Position numbers and translations under genes: made by a program | Shown here: piece after piece, positions 24,706 to 34,275 of the stretch | Layout of the letters: each line of letters starts with the position of its first letter | Numbering within the stretch: the stretch's first letter is position 1 | Assembly: GCA_041671365.1 (NCBI GenBank) | Contig: JBAZBP010000003.1 | Location: forward strand, 34,017 to 98,016 | DNA: 64,000 nucleotides | DNA from: Patescibacteria group bacterium | Lineage (GTDB): Bacteria; Patescibacteriota; Patescibacteriia; Patescibacteriales; UBA12465 | Direction: 5' to 3' | The notes under the pieces: model-generated | Told to the model about the DNA's origin: nothing | What the model saw: the letters and a program-made list of their open reading frames with translations, nothing else | Databases searched by the model: none

Positions 24706-27150
24706 TTACTGGCAACTGTCGCACAATAGTCTCTCTTGCGGATCAATCGGGCAAGCGGCATTTTTTTCGGCGAGAATCGCTCCAAATCCTTTCTTGCCGG
24801 TGGCTGTTGATTTATTTACCTTGACCGTGCTTTGTTCGGCCGTATGACGTGGTTTCATGTGTAAATAATAAGTAGTTTTCAAGCCTTTTTCCCAGGCCAG
24901 AATATAAAGTTGGCTTATTTTTTCAGTATCGCGCGTTGTTAAATACATATTGCGACTAATTGCCTGATCGACCCATTTTTGGGCGCGAGCGGCGATTTCA
25001 ATCAAGGCTTCCGGCGCCACCGAAAAGGAATCTTTATAGATAGTTTTTAATTCATTCGGTATCTCTTCAATGTTGGTCAGATCGCCTTGAGCGATTAAGA
25101 TTTTTTCGCTGGTAAGCTCCCAGAGGTTTAATTCTTTTAATTTTTTAACTAAATTAAAATTTAATTCTAAATATTTTCCGGATAAGGTATTGCGGCTAAA
25201 AATCTGGGCAAAACGCGGGTCGATGCCGGTCGAGGTGCCGGCAATCAATCCAATATTGGCGGTTGGGGCAATCGCCATCAAAGTAGAATTACGCATCCCT
25301 CTTCTAACTTTGGATCGCAACAACTCCCAGTCGGCCCTGTTTATTTGTTTGTTAATTTTTTTAGTTAGGTTTAATTTTCGGTCGCGACTTTCTTCTAAAA
25401 AATTTAAAGTGTCATAAGGAACGTAACCCTTGGACCAGCCGGAACCGTTAAAATTATCATAGCTGCCCTTTTCTGCCGCTAAATCGGCGCTGGTTTCGAT
25501 CGCATGATAACTGATAAATTCCATCAGTTCGTCGCTTAATTCATAAGCCGCCGGACTATCATAAGCTAAATCCATTTTTTCCAATAAATCGGCCAGGCCC
25601 ATCACGCCTAATCCGACGGCTCGATTATGATGATCAAAATTTATTGCCTCAGTTATCGGTGGTTGGTTAATATCGACTAGATTGTCCAGTTGGCGAAGGC
25701 CGAGCTTAACACTGTCCCGTAAGCGCGACCAATCAATATTTGATTGAGCATTAAGATGTCGTGCTAAATTAATTGACAATAGGTTGCACACGGCAACATT
25801 ATTTTTATCAGCTGGTAAAGTGATTTCCGTACAGAGGTTAGAGCTATGAATCGTCCCGGTATTATTATTTAAGGCGCGGACATTAACGGCGTCTTTCCAG
25901 GTTAGCCAGGGATGCGAAGCTCCTTGGAGAGCCACGATAATATTATTGAATTGTTCGGTAGCGGGAATTTTTTTAAAAATTCTCATTTGGCCGGCTTCGG
26001 CTTGTTGAATATATTCTCGGTAACGGGAACTGAAAGCCGGGCCGTATAAATCTACCAGATCCGGAGTTTCTTGCGGGTCAAATAAGTACCAAGCGTCATT
26101 ATTTTTAACGCGTTCCATAAATTCATCGGAAATCCAAACAGCAGTGTCGGCGGTGCGAGTGCGACGATAATCATCTCCGGCATTCTGTTTTAAATCTAAA
26201 AAATCCTGAAAATCAAGATGCCAGTTTTCCATATAGAAGCAGAGAGCGCCCATTTTTTTACCAGCGCGAGAAATTGCCCGAATTGTAGAATCGATAATGT
26301 GCAGAAAAGGAATCGGGCCGGACGAAAAAGTATTATTAGTGCTGATTGGCGAACCGTTGGCGCGTAACTTGGTTACCGACAACCCGATTCCCCCAGTGGC
26401 TTTAGACAGTTTCATTATATCGGCGACGGTTTTACCGATGTGGTCGATATTGTCCTCCAAATCTAAAATAAAGCAGTTGCTTAGTCGCGGAGAAAGCGCG
26501 CCGGCGTTAATATTGGTTGAGCCGCCGGCAATATATTCTAAACTGGACATTTTATGATAGAATTTTTGTGCCATGACGGTTGGATTATTTTCTTTAAAGG
26601 CCAAGCCCATGGCGACGCGCATCCAGAAATATTGCGGCGTTTCGCGTAATTTTTGGTCCGACCCTTTGTTTAAGTAACGATTTTTCATGGTGGCTAAACC
26701 GGTATAAGTCAGAAGACTGTCGCGCCCTAAATCCAGAGCTGAAGCTAATTTTTTTAAATCAAAAACTCGAAGATCGGATGATAATAGTCCCTCGCTCCAA
26801 CCGCGCTGAACGTAAGTCGGAAAATCTTCACGATGTCGCCGTTCTAAAGAATCAGTATCGACAAAATCTCCTAGAACTTCCTTATAAATTGTTTTTAGTA
26901 ACAGTCGGGCGGCGATGATGTCAAAATCGGGATCGTCTTTAATATTTTGAACGGCGGCATTGATAACTGCCTGGTTAAGTTCGGCAGTTGTAATCCCATT
27001 ATAGAGGGTTAACTGAGCTTCGGCGGCAATTTGTGTTGCCCGAGACGAACAATAGAGCAAACCTCGGCAAGCGACTTCGATAGAGTGCTTGATCTTGTTG
27101 GCATTAATATCCTCTCTAGTGCCATCAATCTTGGTGATATATAAAGACAT
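24706..27150 (-). CDS. nrdA: Ribonucleotide reductase large subunit, class I, with one N-terminal ATP-cone
   Basis: 814 aa. It has an ATP-cone (ITKIDGTREDINANKIKHSI), the catalytic region SNLCTEI, and a C-terminal Cys pair CDSC. Confidence 0.95.
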   Translation of the reverse strand: MSLYITKIDGTREDINANKIKHSIEVACRGLLYCSSRATQIAAEAQLTLYNGITTAELNQAVINAAVQNIKDDPDFDIIAARLLLKTIYKEVLGDFVDTDSLERRHREDFPTYVQRGWSEGLLSSDLRVFDLKKLASALDLGRDSLLTYTGLATMKNRYLNKGSDQKLRETPQYFWMRVAMGLAFKENNPTVMAQKFYHKMSSLEYIAGGSTNINAGALSPRLSNCFILDLEDNIDHIGKTVADIMKLSKATGGIGLSVTKLRANGSPISTNNTFSSGPIPFLHIIDSTIRAISRAGKKMGALCFYMENWHLDFQDFLDLKQNAGDDYRRTRTADTAVWISDEFMERVKNNDAWYLFDPQETPDLVDLYGPAFSSRYREYIQQAEAGQMRIFKKIPATEQFNNIIVALQGASHPWLTWKDAVNVRALNNNTGTIHSSNLCTEITLPADKNNVAVCNLLSINLARHLNAQSNIDWSRLRDSVKLGLRQLDNLVDINQPPITEAINFDHHNRAVGLGVMGLADLLEKMDLAYDSPAAYELSDELMEFISYHAIETSADLAAEKGSYDNFNGSGWSKGYVPYDTLNFLEESRDRKLNLTKKINKQINRADWELLRSKVRRGMRNSTLMAIAPTANIGLIAGTSTGIDPRFAQIFSRNTLSGKYLELNFNLVKKLKELNLWELTSEKILIAQGDLTNIEEIPNELKTIYKDSFSVAPEALIEIAARAQKWVDQAISRNMYLTTRDTEKISQLYILAWEKGLKTTYYLHMKPRHTAEQSTVKVNKSTATGKKGFGAILAEKNAACPIDPQERLLCDSCQ

Positions 27151-27186
27151 AAATAAATTAAGAAATGACTGAGAGTAAGCTCAGTA

Positions 27187-27235
27187 TTTCTATATATAGT
27201 GTATAATGTACTACTTAATATACCATATATTGTAT
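27187..27235 (-). promoter_or_regulatory. Two putative NrdR boxes upstream of nrdA
   Basis: Read on the minus strand, ATACAATATATGGTAT (27220..27235) and ACACTATATATAGAAA (27187..27202) both resemble the 16-bp NrdR-box palindrome acaCwAtATaTwGtgt. Their centres are 33 bp apart, and they lie 37-85 nt upstream of the nrdA start. Confidence 0.45.
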
Positions 27236-27300
27236 AGCGTGCCTAGTCTCGAAAAATAAGGGATTTTTAGTTATTTGGCGATTGGTCGATAATTTTTATC

Positions 27301-27329
27301 TTGATTTTCCCCAGGCAGTATGGTAGATT
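27301..27329 (+). promoter_or_regulatory. Candidate sigma-70-type promoter for ileS
   Basis: TTGATT (-35), a 17-nt spacer ending in TGG (extended -10-like TGn), then TAGATT (-10), about 45 nt upstream of the ileS ATG. Confidence 0.3.
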
Positions 27330-27373
27330 GGAAGTATAAGATTAGAGAAATTACTTAATTATCGCCTTAATTT

Positions 27374-30337
27374 ATGTCTGATGAACAAAAAATTCTCGCC
27401 ACGAGCGCTTTTCCTCAAATGGAGGAGGAAGTTTTAAAATTTTGGGCAGCGGCTGATATTTTTAATAAAACTTTACAGAAAGATGCGCCGCACGGCGAGT
27501 ATGTTTTTTACGACGGTCCGCCGTTTGCTACCGGAACGCCGCATTATGGCCATATTGTCGCCAGTATTATGAAAGATGTGGTGCCGCGCTACCAAACTAT
27601 GCGCGGTTATCGGGTAGAACGAAAATGGGGTTGGGATTGCCACGGTTTACCGGTAGAAAATATTGTCGAAAAAGAGCTGGGCACTAAAAGTAAAAAAGAT
27701 ATTGAAGATTTGGGCGTCGAAAAATTTAATGATCTTTGCCGCTCTAAAGTTCTGACTTATGTCGACGAATGGAAGAAAGTGATTACTCGCCTTGGTCGCT
27801 GGGCGGATATGGAAAATGCCTATAAAACTATGGATCTGGATTTTATGGATTCTATCTGGTGGGCTTTTAAGCGTTTGTGGGATGAGGGTTTAATTTATAA
27901 AGATTATCGGTCAATGCATATTTGTCCTCGTTGCGAAACGACTTTGTCGCAATCCGAAGTGACTGAAGGTTATCGTGATATTAAAGATTTATCGGTTATT
28001 GCCAAGTTTCAATTAATTGACGAGCCGAATACTTTTGTTTTAGCCTGGACGACGACGCCCTGGACTTTGATCGGTAATGTCGCTTTAGCGGTCGGAGGAG
28101 AGATTAAATATGTGAAAATTAAGTGCGCGGAGACTAATTATATTTTGGCTAAAGCGCGCTTGAATGATGTCTTTAAAGATCAGCCTTATGAGATAATAGA
28201 TGAATTTGATGGTGACGATTTGGTCGGCCGGGCTTATCAGCCGCTATTTGATTATTATTCGGTAGACAAAACTTTAGTTAATCGTGAGAATGGTTGGAAA
28301 ATTTATGAAGCTAATTTTGTAACGACAACAGACGGTACCGGTGTGGTACATATTGCGCCGGCTTTCGGTGAGGACGATATGAATTTAGGTAAAGCTAAAA
28401 ATTTACCTTTTATTCAGCATGTGGGTCTGGACGGAGTTTTTAAATCGGAAGTAAAAGATTTTCCCGGTTTGCATGTTAAGCCGAAAGTTGATCATACGGC
28501 GACAGACATCGAAATAATTAAATATTTGGCAGCTCACGGCACTTTATTTCAAAAAGCTAAATATGAACATAGCTATCCCCATTGTTGGCGTTGCGATACT
28601 CCATTAATTAACTACGCGACTTCTTCTTGGTTTGTGGCTGTCACTAAAATTAAAGATCGATTGTTAAAAAATGCTAAGAATATTAATTGGTCGCCGGATT
28701 ATATTAAAGAAGGAAGGTTCGGTAATTGGCTCGAAGGAGCGCGCGATTGGTCAATTTCTCGCCAGCGTTTTTGGGCCAGTGCCATTCCGATTTGGGAGTG
28801 CGCTTGCGGCGAGCGGCAAGTAGTCGGCAGCGTGGTCGAGTTAGAGAAATTAACCGGCACCAAGATTACCGATATTCATAAAGATAAAGTCGATTTATTG
28901 ACTTTTAAATGTTCGAAATGTAGCGGGGAGATGAAACGCGTCAGTGATGTGATTGATTGTTGGTTTGAGTCCGGCTCCATGCCTTTCGCTCAGTTGCATT
29001 ATCCGATAGATAACAAGGATAAGTTTGAACATAATTTCCCGGCCCAGTTTATCGCCGAAGGCGTGGATCAGACTCGCGCCTGGTTTTATTATTTGCATGT
29101 CATTGCCGGCGGTATTTTCCAGGAAAGAGCTTTTAATAATGTTATCGTTAATGGAATTGTTTTGGCCGAGGATGGTAAAAAAATGTCAAAACGTCTGCAT
29201 AATTATCCCGACCCGCTGGTAGTTATGGAAAAATATGGGTCGGATGCTTTACGTGCTTATTTAGCGGCTTCGCCCGTGATGCAAGCGGAGAATTTGAATT
29301 TTTCCGAGCGCGGCGTTCAGGAATCTTTGCGTAAAAATATCATGATTTTATGGAATGTTTATAAATTTTATGAAATGTTTGCAGCCGAATCATCCGAGGA
29401 ATTAAAAGAAAATAAGAAAGTAAGCGAGAATATTTTAGATCAATGGATTTTAGCGAAGCTAAAAACGCTGGTTAGCGATACGACCGAAGCGTTGGAGTCC
29501 TATAATTTACCGAAAGCCCTACGACCAATTACGGAATTTATCGACGAATTATCGACTTGGTATTTGCGTCGCAGCCGTGATCGCTTTAAATCGGCTGACG
29601 TTCTGGATAAGCAGATGGCCTTGGCGACCACTAAATATGTCTTGACGGTTATCGCGAAATTAATGGCGCCGTTTACGCCGTTTATCGCGGAAAATCTCTG
29701 GCAAAAGGTTAGCGGTTTTAATTTTAAAGATGATAATCGATCAGTTCATTTAGAGGCGTGGCCGGTAGTTTCTTTAAAAAAACCCTCGATTATCGGTCGA
29801 GCGTTAGAGATGATTAAACATAGTAAAGAAGATCAACAAGTTCTAGATAACATGTTATTGGTGCGTCGTATTGTTGAATTGGGTTTAGCTAAGCGTGATG
29901 AGGCCGGGATTAAAATCAGGCAGATGCTGGCCGGGCTAGAAGTCCGAGGAGTGGCGGAACTTTCCTTAGAGTATGCTGGTTTAATTAAAGAGGAATTAAA
30001 TATCAAAGAATTAGTTTTTACCGATTTGACTGCCGATAAATTAACCGTGAAACTAGATACAGTCCTTACTCCGGAACTTAAATTAGAGGGCATTAAGCGT
30101 GAATTAATTCGTTCTATTAATTTACTCCGTAAGGAAAATAATTTAAGCCTGAATGATCGCGTTTCGGTTTATTATCAGGCGCCGGCGGAATTAGCCGAGG
30201 CGTTGGCGTCGGTTCGGGCGGAAGTTATTAAAGACACCTTATCCCTTGATTTTTCAAATGGCGTATCGACCGATAATATTGCGCAAAAAGAAATTAAAAT
30301 TGACGGTTTTTCGATATTTTTAAGTTTACAAAAATAA
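27374..30337 (+). CDS. ileS: Isoleucyl-tRNA synthetase (type 2, eukaryote-like)
   Basis: FYDGPPFATGTPHYGH (the HIGH region in the type-2 form), KMSKRL (KMSKS) and the CP1 editing region. The protein is 987 aa long. Confidence 0.97.
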   Translation: MSDEQKILATSAFPQMEEEVLKFWAAADIFNKTLQKDAPHGEYVFYDGPPFATGTPHYGHIVASIMKDVVPRYQTMRGYRVERKWGWDCHGLPVENIVEKELGTKSKKDIEDLGVEKFNDLCRSKVLTYVDEWKKVITRLGRWADMENAYKTMDLDFMDSIWWAFKRLWDEGLIYKDYRSMHICPRCETTLSQSEVTEGYRDIKDLSVIAKFQLIDEPNTFVLAWTTTPWTLIGNVALAVGGEIKYVKIKCAETNYILAKARLNDVFKDQPYEIIDEFDGDDLVGRAYQPLFDYYSVDKTLVNRENGWKIYEANFVTTTDGTGVVHIAPAFGEDDMNLGKAKNLPFIQHVGLDGVFKSEVKDFPGLHVKPKVDHTATDIEIIKYLAAHGTLFQKAKYEHSYPHCWRCDTPLINYATSSWFVAVTKIKDRLLKNAKNINWSPDYIKEGRFGNWLEGARDWSISRQRFWASAIPIWECACGERQVVGSVVELEKLTGTKITDIHKDKVDLLTFKCSKCSGEMKRVSDVIDCWFESGSMPFAQLHYPIDNKDKFEHNFPAQFIAEGVDQTRAWFYYLHVIAGGIFQERAFNNVIVNGIVLAEDGKKMSKRLHNYPDPLVVMEKYGSDALRAYLAASPVMQAENLNFSERGVQESLRKNIMILWNVYKFYEMFAAESSEELKENKKVSENILDQWILAKLKTLVSDTTEALESYNLPKALRPITEFIDELSTWYLRRSRDRFKSADVLDKQMALATTKYVLTVIAKLMAPFTPFIAENLWQKVSGFNFKDDNRSVHLEAWPVVSLKKPSIIGRALEMIKHSKEDQQVLDNMLLVRRIVELGLAKRDEAGIKIRQMLAGLEVRGVAELSLEYAGLIKEELNIKELVFTDLTADKLTVKLDTVLTPELKLEGIKRELIRSINLLRKENNLSLNDRVSVYYQAPAELAEALASVRAEVIKDTLSLDFSNGVSTDNIAQKEIKIDGFSIFLSLQK

Positions 30338-30395
30338 TTTAACAATTAACGGCGTATTACTATTTAAGAGTTAATACTCAGTTAATTACAAAAAT

Positions 30396-30953
30396 ATGAC
30401 TACTTGGGTTATTTTGGCGATTGTTGTCATTTTGCTTTTGGCGACTATCGCGATGTACAACGGTTTAATTCGTCTAAAAAATCGGGTAGCGGAGAGCTAT
30501 AGCGATATGGACGTCCAAATGAAGCGTCGTTATGATTTAATTCCTAATTTAGTGGAGACAGTAAAAGGTTATGCCGCTCATGAACAGGGAACGTTTGAAA
30601 AGGTAGTCGCTGCCCGTAATTTAGCCATGGCCACCGGCGGTGATGATGTTGCTAAAAAATTGGCGGCCGAGAATGCTCTGTCCTCGACCTTAAAATCTCT
30701 ATTCGCTTTGGCGGAAAATTATCCGGACTTAAAAGCCAGTCAAAATTTTTTAGGACTACAACAAGAGCTATCCGATACTGAAAATAAAATTATGGCTTCT
30801 CGCCGTTTTTATAACGGCAACGTGCGCGACTTTAATACTAAATTACAGGTTTTTCCGACTAACATTTTTGGCCAAATGCTAGGCTTTAAGGAACAAAAGT
30901 TTTTTGAAGTAGCGAACGAGGCGGAGAAAGCCCCGGTGAACGTTAAATTCTAA
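30396..30953 (+). CDS. lemA: LemA family membrane protein
   Basis: An N-terminal TM helix is followed by YNGLIRLKNRVAESYSDMDVQMKRRYDLIPNLVETVKGYA, the LemA signature. Confidence 0.9.
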   Translation: MTTWVILAIVVILLLATIAMYNGLIRLKNRVAESYSDMDVQMKRRYDLIPNLVETVKGYAAHEQGTFEKVVAARNLAMATGGDDVAKKLAAENALSSTLKSLFALAENYPDLKASQNFLGLQQELSDTENKIMASRRFYNGNVRDFNTKLQVFPTNIFGQMLGFKEQKFFEVANEAEKAPVNVKF

Positions 30954-30982
30954 TATTTCCATTTTAGATTTAAATAATTTGT

Positions 30983-31906
30983 ATGGCTTCCTTATATACT
31001 CAAAGTGATTCTAATCGCCGTAAAACGTGGTGGCTACTCTCAGTCTTTTTTGTCGTCATTATATTAATCGGCTACGTCTTTAGTTATGAGTTTCAAAGTT
31101 CGGCCGTTTTATACGGAGCGGTTATTTTTAGTTTTGTTTTCAGTTTTTTTAGTTATTGGTATAGCGATAAAATGGTTCTAGTCATGAGTAAGGCCAGAGA
31201 AGTTGATCGTGGCAGCGCGCGTGAGCTTTATCAATTAGTAGAAAATCTCTGTATTACCGCCGGTTTGCCGCTTCCTAAAATTTATTTGATCGATGACACC
31301 GCACCTAATGCTTTCGCCACCGGTCGCGATCAAGAACACGCGGTTATTGCCGTGACTACCGGTTTAGTGCAAAAACTGGAAAAATCGGAATTAGAGGGAG
31401 TTATCGCTCATGAATTATCGCACATCGGTAACCGCGATATTTTATTAGCGACTCTCGTTACGGTTTTGGTCGGTATTATTGTTCTCTTGGCGGATTGGTT
31501 TCGCCATTGGTCATTTTTTGGCGGCGGACGACGACGCAGTAGCGACGGAGAAGGAAGTAGCCAGCTTAGTTTAATTATTGGGATCGCGGCGATCGTTTTA
31601 TCAATTTTAGCGCCAATTTTTGCTTATCTAATGCAATTTGCTATTTCCCGTAAACGGGAATTTTTAGCGGATGCCGATGGCGCATTATTAACTCGTTATC
31701 CCGAGGGATTGGCTAGCGCTTTGGAGAAAATTTCTCGAGATCAAGAGCCGTTAGAAGTCGCCAATCGAGCGACCGCTCATCTCTTTATCGCTTCACCCTT
31801 TAAAGATGACGCGCCGGGCAAAGTCAAGACTAATTGGTTAGCGCGGGCGTTCGCGACTCATCCGCCGATTGAGGAAAGAATTAAAAGATTAAGAGCGCTA
31901 GAGTAA
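30983..31906 (+). CDS. htpX: Zinc metalloprotease HtpX (M48 family)
   Basis: NAFATG...HELSHIGNRD (HExxH), four TM segments, and the C-terminal THPPIEERIKRL motif. Confidence 0.9.
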   Translation: MASLYTQSDSNRRKTWWLLSVFFVVIILIGYVFSYEFQSSAVLYGAVIFSFVFSFFSYWYSDKMVLVMSKAREVDRGSARELYQLVENLCITAGLPLPKIYLIDDTAPNAFATGRDQEHAVIAVTTGLVQKLEKSELEGVIAHELSHIGNRDILLATLVTVLVGIIVLLADWFRHWSFFGGGRRRSSDGEGSSQLSLIIGIAAIVLSILAPIFAYLMQFAISRKREFLADADGALLTRYPEGLASALEKISRDQEPLEVANRATAHLFIASPFKDDAPGKVKTNWLARAFATHPPIEERIKRLRALE

Positions 31907-31911
31907 AATAA

Positions 31912-31942
31912 AAACCCATTTTGTGTCCAACAAAATGGGTTT
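31912..31942. terminator. Bidirectional Rho-independent terminator between convergent htpX and the flotillin-like gene
   Basis: A perfect 13-bp stem AAACCCATTTTGT / ACAAAATGGGTTT with a 5-nt loop. Read on the minus strand it is followed by TTTTATTTT. The A/T-rich flanks allow function in both directions. Confidence 0.65.
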
Positions 31943-31968
31943 GAGAAAAGTTAAATTTAAATTTTGTG

Positions 31969-34050
31969 TTATTTAATTATCTCTGTTTCATTTGCAACAG
32001 GAGTTTTTTCTTTAAGAGATCCTCCAAGCTTTTGGACTAAAAGCCCAGAAAGAATTGGAAGTAGACCTGAACCATCAGAATTACCACCCTGGATTACGAT
32101 ATCCGGTGTAATCTTGATATTACCGATGGCAATCTGTTTTGAAATTTCAATTGCTACGATTCCTTCAGAGGTAAGGGCTTTTTTCTGTTCTTCGTAACCT
32201 TCCGCAATACCTTTTCCTTCGGCGGCAGCGGCAACGCCTTTAGCCTTACCAAGTAGTTCTGTTCCTTCGGCTTCGCCGGACATTTCTGCTTTTTTGGCTC
32301 CGCCCTTTCCTTCGGCATCAAGAATTGTTTTCTTCTTCAGGTTTTCAGCAATCTGAACATCGATGGACGACTGAACAAGAACGCCTTGCTTTTCTGCTTC
32401 GGCTTTCTTTGCTTCCATGGCGATACGGCCGTTTTGGGCTTCTGTTTCCTTACCGTACATATCTAATTGCTGTTCGGCAATAACTCGTGCTGTTTGAGTG
32501 GCCATTAAATCTGCGGGAAGATCAATTTGGCAAATAAGAACCGAAACCAATTCAACATGATATTTCGCGAGTTCTTCTCTGGTATGATCTTCTGCCTTTT
32601 TCTGCTCATCATGACGATCCTTCATGAAATTCATGGCCGATGTCGCTGAAGCTTGATTTCTGAAACTAGAATCAATCATCGGATGAATCACATGATTTAT
32701 GAGATTTTCAATAGAACCAATCTTTGCAATCATGTGAGGCGCCTGATCCGGTCGAATTCTGATAATTACTTTTACCGAGACATTCATCTGAAAAGCGTCT
32801 CCAGAAACTATTGCTAACGGATTGAATTGAGTTTTATCTCCTTCATCCCAATCAATTGTGATGTTTGTTGTATCAACAATATGAGGAATAAATGCCATAG
32901 TATTTAAATAATAAACACCGGGGCCGGAGACTTCTTCTTGAATACCGCGATATCCGTGAGCAACCACATACCGCTCAATTCCAACATCTAATCTTTTCTC
33001 AAGTTCCACAGCATCATCGGTGTTGGCGCCGATTTTTTCTTTAAGCTGTTGGATGGAAAGAGGTTCTTTCCCGACATTCGAAATGATAACGGCAACCTGA
33101 CCCCGTTGTACTTCGGCTACATTAGTATAATTGACTTCGAACATTAAAGGATTGATGTAGTAAGTTCCGGGTTTTAGAATATCAAGCTGCGGTCCTCTTT
33201 GACCGTGTTGATTGAGAAACGCTTGAGCATCCTGGAAGTTGCTATGACCTTCAACAGAGATAGCAATTAATTCATCCGGAGGAAGCGGTTCGCCGTCTTT
33301 GGCGGTTATCAAACCAACTTGTTTGGAAGTTACAATTGTGGCATCAACAATTTTGTAATTGAAAAGCCAAGTATTTATTCGGTGAGTTCCCGGTTGAAGA
33401 ATGTCAATCTGTGGTCCCTTTTGACCACCATTTTTAAGAAAAATATCTCCATTTGAGAAATTCTCATGACCTTCAATTCTTTTTCCCAATAATCTCCCAG
33501 GATCAAGTGGTTTTCCGTCAGTGGCAGTTACTATAGCTAATTGTCCTTTGGGGATTTCAATTTCATCAACCCCCACTTCGTTATTAACTTTCACTACTTC
33601 AAAAAGATAAGGATTAATCATGTATTGACCGGGAGGAAGAAATGCAACCTGTGGTCCTTTTTGTCCGCCGTTTTTAATAAAACCTTCGCCGTCTTGGAAA
33701 TTGTCACATTCTACGACTTTGGCAAATATTTGTCCGCTGGGAATTGTTGCCCCAGCCAATGCTCGGACCAGCCCTATTTTCCCCTCGTTAATGACCGTGA
33801 ATGGTTCCTTTTTGGTTTTGTATATAAAAGGAGGAAGTAACCAATGAAAGCCTGGACCGAGAGTTCTCGCCTGAAGACCAACTTCATCGCGAAGAGCTAC
33901 TGTACGCCCCACCATTTCTTTCCCTACATACTTTCTCTCAAGCAAGCATATATTTTCTCCTCTAACATTTACGCTAGCGTTGAGAGTTATTACTAAGATA
34001 AATATGCCTAGCAAAGCTAATAGCACACCCATGACAATAGTACTTTCCAT
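31969..34050 (-). CDS. SPFH/Band-7 flotillin-like membrane protein with tandem internal repeats
   Basis: It has an N-terminal TM helix and three ~75-80 aa repeats carrying NGGQKGPQ...L.PG.Y.INP..FEV. The C-terminal Ala/Glu/Lys-rich coiled-coil and flotillin-type tail is AEAEKQGVLVQS...AEGKGIAEGYEEQKKAL. Confidence 0.7.
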   Translation of the reverse strand: MESTIVMGVLLALLGIFILVITLNASVNVRGENICLLERKYVGKEMVGRTVALRDEVGLQARTLGPGFHWLLPPFIYKTKKEPFTVINEGKIGLVRALAGATIPSGQIFAKVVECDNFQDGEGFIKNGGQKGPQVAFLPPGQYMINPYLFEVVKVNNEVGVDEIEIPKGQLAIVTATDGKPLDPGRLLGKRIEGHENFSNGDIFLKNGGQKGPQIDILQPGTHRINTWLFNYKIVDATIVTSKQVGLITAKDGEPLPPDELIAISVEGHSNFQDAQAFLNQHGQRGPQLDILKPGTYYINPLMFEVNYTNVAEVQRGQVAVIISNVGKEPLSIQQLKEKIGANTDDAVELEKRLDVGIERYVVAHGYRGIQEEVSGPGVYYLNTMAFIPHIVDTTNITIDWDEGDKTQFNPLAIVSGDAFQMNVSVKVIIRIRPDQAPHMIAKIGSIENLINHVIHPMIDSSFRNQASATSAMNFMKDRHDEQKKAEDHTREELAKYHVELVSVLICQIDLPADLMATQTARVIAEQQLDMYGKETEAQNGRIAMEAKKAEAEKQGVLVQSSIDVQIAENLKKKTILDAEGKGGAKKAEMSGEAEGTELLGKAKGVAAAAEGKGIAEGYEEQKKALTSEGIVAIEISKQIAIGNIKITPDIVIQGGNSDGSGLLPILSGLLVQKLGGSLKEKTPVANETEIIK

Positions 34051-34275
34051 ATTTTACTCCTATAGATTGATTTTGCTTACTCTTTTTAGGATTTTCAGCA
34101 TTCTCCGTTAGTTTGTTAAAGATCTAACTAAAAAATATAGCATACTATCTATATTTATGTCAAGACCATGAAAATATTGGGAAAATTAATAATTTGTATT
34201 TTTAAATTGTAAAGCCTATTTATTTAAATCTTAAAATAGTTTATAATTTACATAATAATAAAATTAGCTAATGTT

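Noticed and set aside
27241-27373. A possible T-box or other leader RNA upstream of ileS.
   Set aside because: The distance from the best promoter candidate to the ATG is only about 45 nt. I see no specifier-loop, T-box (AGGGUGGNACCGCG-like) or terminator/antiterminator sequences.
31969-34050. Horizontal acquisition of the flotillin-like gene, suggested by locally GC-richer stretches and its being the lone minus-strand gene.
   Set aside because: I cannot compute composition statistics reliably by eye. The GC-rich stretches coincide with Ala/Gly-rich coiled-coil coding sequence, which explains them without invoking transfer.
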